From positions 763,751 through 787,750 of the forward strand of contig NZ_JAOTIF010000001.1 in NCBI RefSeq assembly GCF_025628885.1: DNA of 24,000 bases, written 5' to 3'. The translations under genes and the position numbers were made by a program. Below, piece after piece: positions 20,401-24,000 of this stretch (position 1 is the first letter of the stretch; the number at the start of each line of letters is the position of its first letter). The DNA is from Paraflavisolibacter caeni. Lineage in GTDB: Bacteria > Bacteroidota > Bacteroidia > Chitinophagales > Chitinophagaceae. The notes beneath the pieces are model-generated. The model saw only the letters and a program-made list of their open reading frames with translations, did not search any database and was not told the origin of the DNA.

Positions 20401-20432
20401 CAAATGTAGGGGTAATGGATAAAACTCAGCAA
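20401..20432 (-). promoter_or_regulatory. Candidate Bacteroidota-type promoter for the thi operon
   Basis: Minus strand -7 box TACATTTG (20408-20401) matches TAnnTTTG; TTG at 20432-20430 with a 21-nt spacer; predicted start falls at the 5' edge of the aptamer. Confidence 0.6.
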
Positions 20433-20489
20433 CAGGCCGCTTAAATTTTTATTTCATAAACTTGCAGGCTACAAGAAAATAAAATCAAT

Positions 20490-21338
20490 ATGAAGGCATT
20501 TTTAGGCATGGGATTGTTAGGTTCCAACTTTGTAAAAGCCATGATTAACAGGGGTGAACAAGTGCAGGTTTGGAACCGTACAACATCCAAAGCATTGGAG
20601 CTTGAAAAATTTGGAGCGAAGGCATTCAGTGATGTAAAGGATGCCGTGAAAGGGGCAAGCCTGGTTCATCTCACATTGAAAGATGATGCCTCAGTTGACG
20701 AAGTGTTGGAAGCTGCCAGTGAAGGATTTGCACCGGGTGTTATTATTTTAGACCATACGACTACCTCAAAAGAAGGAGCGATCAGGAGAACAAGGGAATG
20801 GAGGGAAAAAGGTTTCATTTATCAACATGCACCAGTATTCATGGGTCCTGTGAATGCATTGGAAGGTACAGGCTTTATTCTGTTGTCAGGTGACCAGGAT
20901 ATCATTGGTCAACTGGAGCCAGTATTATCCAAAATGACGGGCAAGCTGCTTCATTATGGACCCGAAGTGGGAAAAGCAGCGGCCATCAAACTTGTTGGCA
21001 ATGCATTCCTGGTGTGTTTGACAATTGGTTTAAGAGACACGCTTGCGTTGACAAAAGCGCTTGGCATTGCTACAGATGATTTGATGTCCCTCTTAGAATC
21101 CTGGAATCCGGGTACCCAGGTGCAGGCCAGGTTGAAAAGAATGACCGTTGGGGATGATACAAAGCCTTCCTGGGAGTTGGCTATGGCCAGAAAAGATACG
21201 CAATTGTTCCTGGAAGCTGCGCAACAAGGCGGGACGGATCTTGCGATCATTCCTGCAATTGCGGCCCTGATGGATCAATGGATCGCAAAAGGTTATGGAA
21301 ACCATGACTGGACCGTGGTAGGGAAGGAGTTTGCTTAA
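20490..21338 (+). CDS. NAD(P)-dependent beta-hydroxyacid dehydrogenase-like oxidoreductase
   Basis: N-terminal Rossmann-like FLGMGLLGSNFVKAMINRGEQVQVWNRT, VFMGPVNALEGTGFILLSG, and GKAAAIKLVGNAFLV helix with the conserved Lys. Confidence 0.85.
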   Translation: MKAFLGMGLLGSNFVKAMINRGEQVQVWNRTTSKALELEKFGAKAFSDVKDAVKGASLVHLTLKDDASVDEVLEAASEGFAPGVIILDHTTTSKEGAIRRTREWREKGFIYQHAPVFMGPVNALEGTGFILLSGDQDIIGQLEPVLSKMTGKLLHYGPEVGKAAAIKLVGNAFLVCLTIGLRDTLALTKALGIATDDLMSLLESWNPGTQVQARLKRMTVGDDTKPSWELAMARKDTQLFLEAAQQGGTDLAIIPAIAALMDQWIAKGYGNHDWTVVGKEFA

Positions 21339-21395
21339 CACCATTCGTCAATAGTAAAGGTGATTTTTAAATTCGTTATGAGCTTTTGCGATTTT

Positions 21396-22427
21396 ATGAA
21401 ACAGATTGTAGCAACTGTGCTTTCCCTTTTTATGTTTTCAACAGGGTTTTCTCAAATGGCTTTTCGAAAAGTGAGTGAAGAGATCATTGTGAATGATGGT
21501 CCATTTAAGGCATGTCATGCATCAAGTATTGTAGAACCATCGCCTGGTGAAATCCTGGTGTCCTTTTTCGCTGGTTCAAGGGAAGGAGACAAGGATGTTT
21601 GTATCTGGTTAACCGCTAAGCAAAACAACCAATGGACAAAACCCTATATCATTGCAGATGGTGTGATCAATGATACACTAAGGTATCCATGCTGGAATCC
21701 AGTGCTGTTCAAAGCAAAACAGGATCAATTATTTCTTTTTTATAAAGTAGGGCCTAATCCCCGGGAATGGTGGGGCATGGTGCGCACCTCGAAAGACAAT
21801 GGGAAAACCTGGAATCAACCCGAGCGGCTTCCTGCGGGCGTTTTGGGCCCTATCAAAAATAAGCCTGTCCAACTGGCGGATGGTACGATACTGAGCCCTT
21901 CAAGTGTGGAAACTGATAATACCTGGAAGGTGCATATTGAGAAATCTTCAGATTTAGGTAAAACCTGGAAAATCATTCCAGTAGATAGTAATAGTAAGTT
22001 TAAAGTAATTCAACCGAGCATTCTACAATATCCAAACAAGCGCTTGCAGATCGTTTGCAGGAGTGACCAGGATAGAGTCGTTTATGCATGGTCGCAGGAT
22101 AATGGTAATCAGTGGACGGCCTTATCCCGGTCAGAATTGCCAAATCCAAATTCCGGGACAGATGCTGTTACATTAAAAAACGGAATACAGCTGATTGTTT
22201 ACAATCCAACGGTCAAGGGTAAGGACTGGTGGAATAATCGCCAAAAACTGAATGTGGCTGTTTCTAAAGATGGCTTGAACTGGAAAGATGTATGCATTTT
22301 GGAAAACGGTTCGGATGAAGAATTTAGCTATCCGGCTGTAATCCAGGCAAAAGATGGGAAAATTCATATTACGTATACTTACAATAGAAAGAATATCAAA
22401 CATGTAGTGCTTGAAGCAGGTAAGTAA
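21396..22427 (+). CDS. Secreted sialidase/BNR-repeat family protein
   Basis: Signal peptide MKQIVATVLSLFMFSTGFSQ; Asp-box-like motifs SKDNGKTW, SSDLGKTW, SQDNGNQW, SKDGLNW. Start 21396 preferred to 21360. Confidence 0.8.
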   Translation: MKQIVATVLSLFMFSTGFSQMAFRKVSEEIIVNDGPFKACHASSIVEPSPGEILVSFFAGSREGDKDVCIWLTAKQNNQWTKPYIIADGVINDTLRYPCWNPVLFKAKQDQLFLFYKVGPNPREWWGMVRTSKDNGKTWNQPERLPAGVLGPIKNKPVQLADGTILSPSSVETDNTWKVHIEKSSDLGKTWKIIPVDSNSKFKVIQPSILQYPNKRLQIVCRSDQDRVVYAWSQDNGNQWTALSRSELPNPNSGTDAVTLKNGIQLIVYNPTVKGKDWWNNRQKLNVAVSKDGLNWKDVCILENGSDEEFSYPAVIQAKDGKIHITYTYNRKNIKHVVLEAGK

Positions 22428-22540
22428 CTTATCCACCATCATTCCACAAACTCATCTTTTTATCCACACAATTGGCGCAAATACCATTTCGCAATGTCTT
22501 AAACTGTATTTTGCCCGCCCAAAATTTTGGATAAAATACC

Positions 22541-24000
22541 ATGAAAGGCTCCGACATCAGCTTTTTGTTCGATACCGCCCCGGCATTGCACATGTTGCGC
22601 TTGCGCAATGCGCATTGGGTACTGCCTTTTTTGTACAAGGTGTTCAAGGAAAAATCTGTTTTCTCCCTGCCTGAATTTTCATTGACTACACTTCTAGCCG
22701 AAGCCCTTAGTTCTCAAAATGAAGGCGTAGAAGACTGGGAAGAAGCGAAGATCGAGTTTGGTGAGGATGAGGAAAGCCGCGCCCGCAAATACCTGCTCAA
22801 CTGGGTGCAAAAACGACTGTTGCAGGACTTTCCCGCAGCTGACGGCACAACCATGTACCAGCTGAGTGCACATACGGAAAAGGTGTTCCAGTGGTTGCAA
22901 ACCCTTAGCCGTCGCGACTTCGTGGGAACGGAGAGCCGGTTTAAAATGCTGTTCAACTCACTCCATGATATAGTTGAAAAAACTGAAGACGACCGTTTCA
23001 AACGCCTGGAAGAATTAAAGAGCAAGCGTGCCGACATCGACAGGGAAATCAACGCCCTGGAGCATGGTGCTTCCGTGGAAGTATACAGCAATGCCCAGGT
23101 AGCAGAACGCCTTGAAATGTTTACCCGCCTCTGTTACGAGCTGCTGGGCGACTTCCGCGAAGTAGAAGACAACTTCAGGCAGATCCACCGCAACATCGTT
23201 GAACAACACACGAAAGCCGAAGTGAATAAGGGCGCTATTGTTGGCTATGCCTTCGACGCCTATGATGCCCTGCGCAACAGCAACCAGGGACGCAGTTTCT
23301 ATGCTTTCTGGGACTTCCTGATTTCAAGAGCAGGGCAGGTGGAATGGCGGCAACTGACCAGCCAGTTATTGGAATTGCTCCAATTGAGGAATATTGATTC
23401 TGATTACTACTTCCTGGACAACATCAAATCCATGTTGCTGGAGCAGGGACGTGTGGTGTATGAGGCCAATGATAAAATGGCAGAAAAATTAAGCCGTATT
23501 ATCACGGAAAAGGAAATGGCGCAACACAAAAGACTGCGGCAGCAAATTGGAGGGATCAAGGAACTGGTGCTGCAATTAATGGACAACGATAGCGTTCCCT
23601 GCAGTATTCAGGTGGAAGGAGCTGCAGAAATCAGGTTGTCCATGGACAGGAGGCTGCAGCAGGAACCTAAAAACATGCCTTCAATGGTAAGGCAACCGGT
23701 AAGCGGTAGCGAGACGATTGAAGATATGGCTCGTTTCAGCCGCTTATTGAATGCTCCTTTTGTGGATAAGAAAAAATTGTGGCAGAACGTAGAAGATATA
23801 TTAAAAGATAAGCATACAGCTACTTTAAGAGAGATCATCGAAATCACCGGACTGGAATATGGCGTGGCAGAAGTGGTTGCCTACTTCTCTTTTGTTAAAG
23901 ACAAAGGAGGCAAGGCGCAGATCATGAGTAGCATGAGCGAACATATTGCCTTGAACAGCGAGAGTAACAAGTTTATAGAAGTACCCTATTTGTTGTTCAA
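22541..24000 (+). CDS. jetA: DUF3375 family protein, Wadjet JetA-like (partial, runs off the window)
   Basis: Open frame from ATG 22541 to the end, absent from the ORF track: MKGSDISFLFDTAPALHMLRLRNAHWVLPFLYKVF...RRDFVGTESRFKMLFNSLHDIVEKTEDD...RRADIDREI-like (KSKRADIDREINALEHG)...NQGRSFYAFWDFLIS...FSRLLNAPFVDKKKLW...GVAEVVAYFSFVKDK, consistent with DUF3375. Confidence 0.85.
   Translation, partial: MKGSDISFLFDTAPALHMLRLRNAHWVLPFLYKVFKEKSVFSLPEFSLTTLLAEALSSQNEGVEDWEEAKIEFGEDEESRARKYLLNWVQKRLLQDFPAADGTTMYQLSAHTEKVFQWLQTLSRRDFVGTESRFKMLFNSLHDIVEKTEDDRFKRLEELKSKRADIDREINALEHGASVEVYSNAQVAERLEMFTRLCYELLGDFREVEDNFRQIHRNIVEQHTKAEVNKGAIVGYAFDAYDALRNSNQGRSFYAFWDFLISRAGQVEWRQLTSQLLELLQLRNIDSDYYFLDNIKSMLLEQGRVVYEANDKMAEKLSRIITEKEMAQHKRLRQQIGGIKELVLQLMDNDSVPCSIQVEGAAEIRLSMDRRLQQEPKNMPSMVRQPVSGSETIEDMARFSRLLNAPFVDKKKLWQNVEDILKDKHTATLREIIEITGLEYGVAEVVAYFSFVKDKGGKAQIMSSMSEHIALNSESNKFIEVPYLLF

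Noticed and set aside
22606-22617. 12-bp perfect palindrome caatgcgcattg
   Set aside because: Inside jetA coding sequence, encoding LRNAHW; likely chance and no supporting context.
22411-22674. ORF MKQVSNLSTIIPQTHLFIHTIGANT... between the sialidase-like gene and jetA
   Set aside because: Overlaps both neighbours in a different frame and shows no recognisable domain.
22714-23209. Antisense ORFs across the DUF3375 gene
   Set aside because: The plus-strand frame is open from 22541 to the window end and matches a known family; the antisense ORFs are shadows.

Overview
The window looks like chromosomal DNA from a Bacteroidota genome, probably Chitinophagaceae-like (inferred from gene content, protein style and TAnnTTTG-type promoter motifs). 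Left to right it contains: (1) the 3' part of a complex I operon, nuoG(C-term)-H-I-J-K-L-M-N, with odd repeat-rich spacers; (2) a Cu/Zn superoxide dismutase lipoprotein and a convergent tonB, separated by a 16-bp perfect-stem terminator; (3) a biotin operon bioB-bioF-bioD-bioA followed 17 nt later by a small protein whose residues fit a ferritin-like carboxylate-bridged di-iron site (E26, E53xxH56, E125, E155xxH158); no known pimeloyl-gateway gene is present in the window; (4) a minus-strand thiamin operon, TPP riboswitch-thiS-thiC-thiE/tenI-like-thiD-thiE-thiG-thiH, with no thiF; (5) a beta-hydroxyacid dehydrogenase-like gene and a secreted BNR/sialidase-like protein; (6) at the right edge, the start of a DUF3375 (JetA) gene, the usual first gene of a type I Wadjet (JetABCD) anti-plasmid system, cut off by the window end. 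The most interesting observations are the di-iron protein in the bio operon, a predicted switching mechanism for the TPP riboswitch that hides the thiS start codon, the truncated Wadjet locus, and the repeat-laden spacer between nuoG and nuoH.
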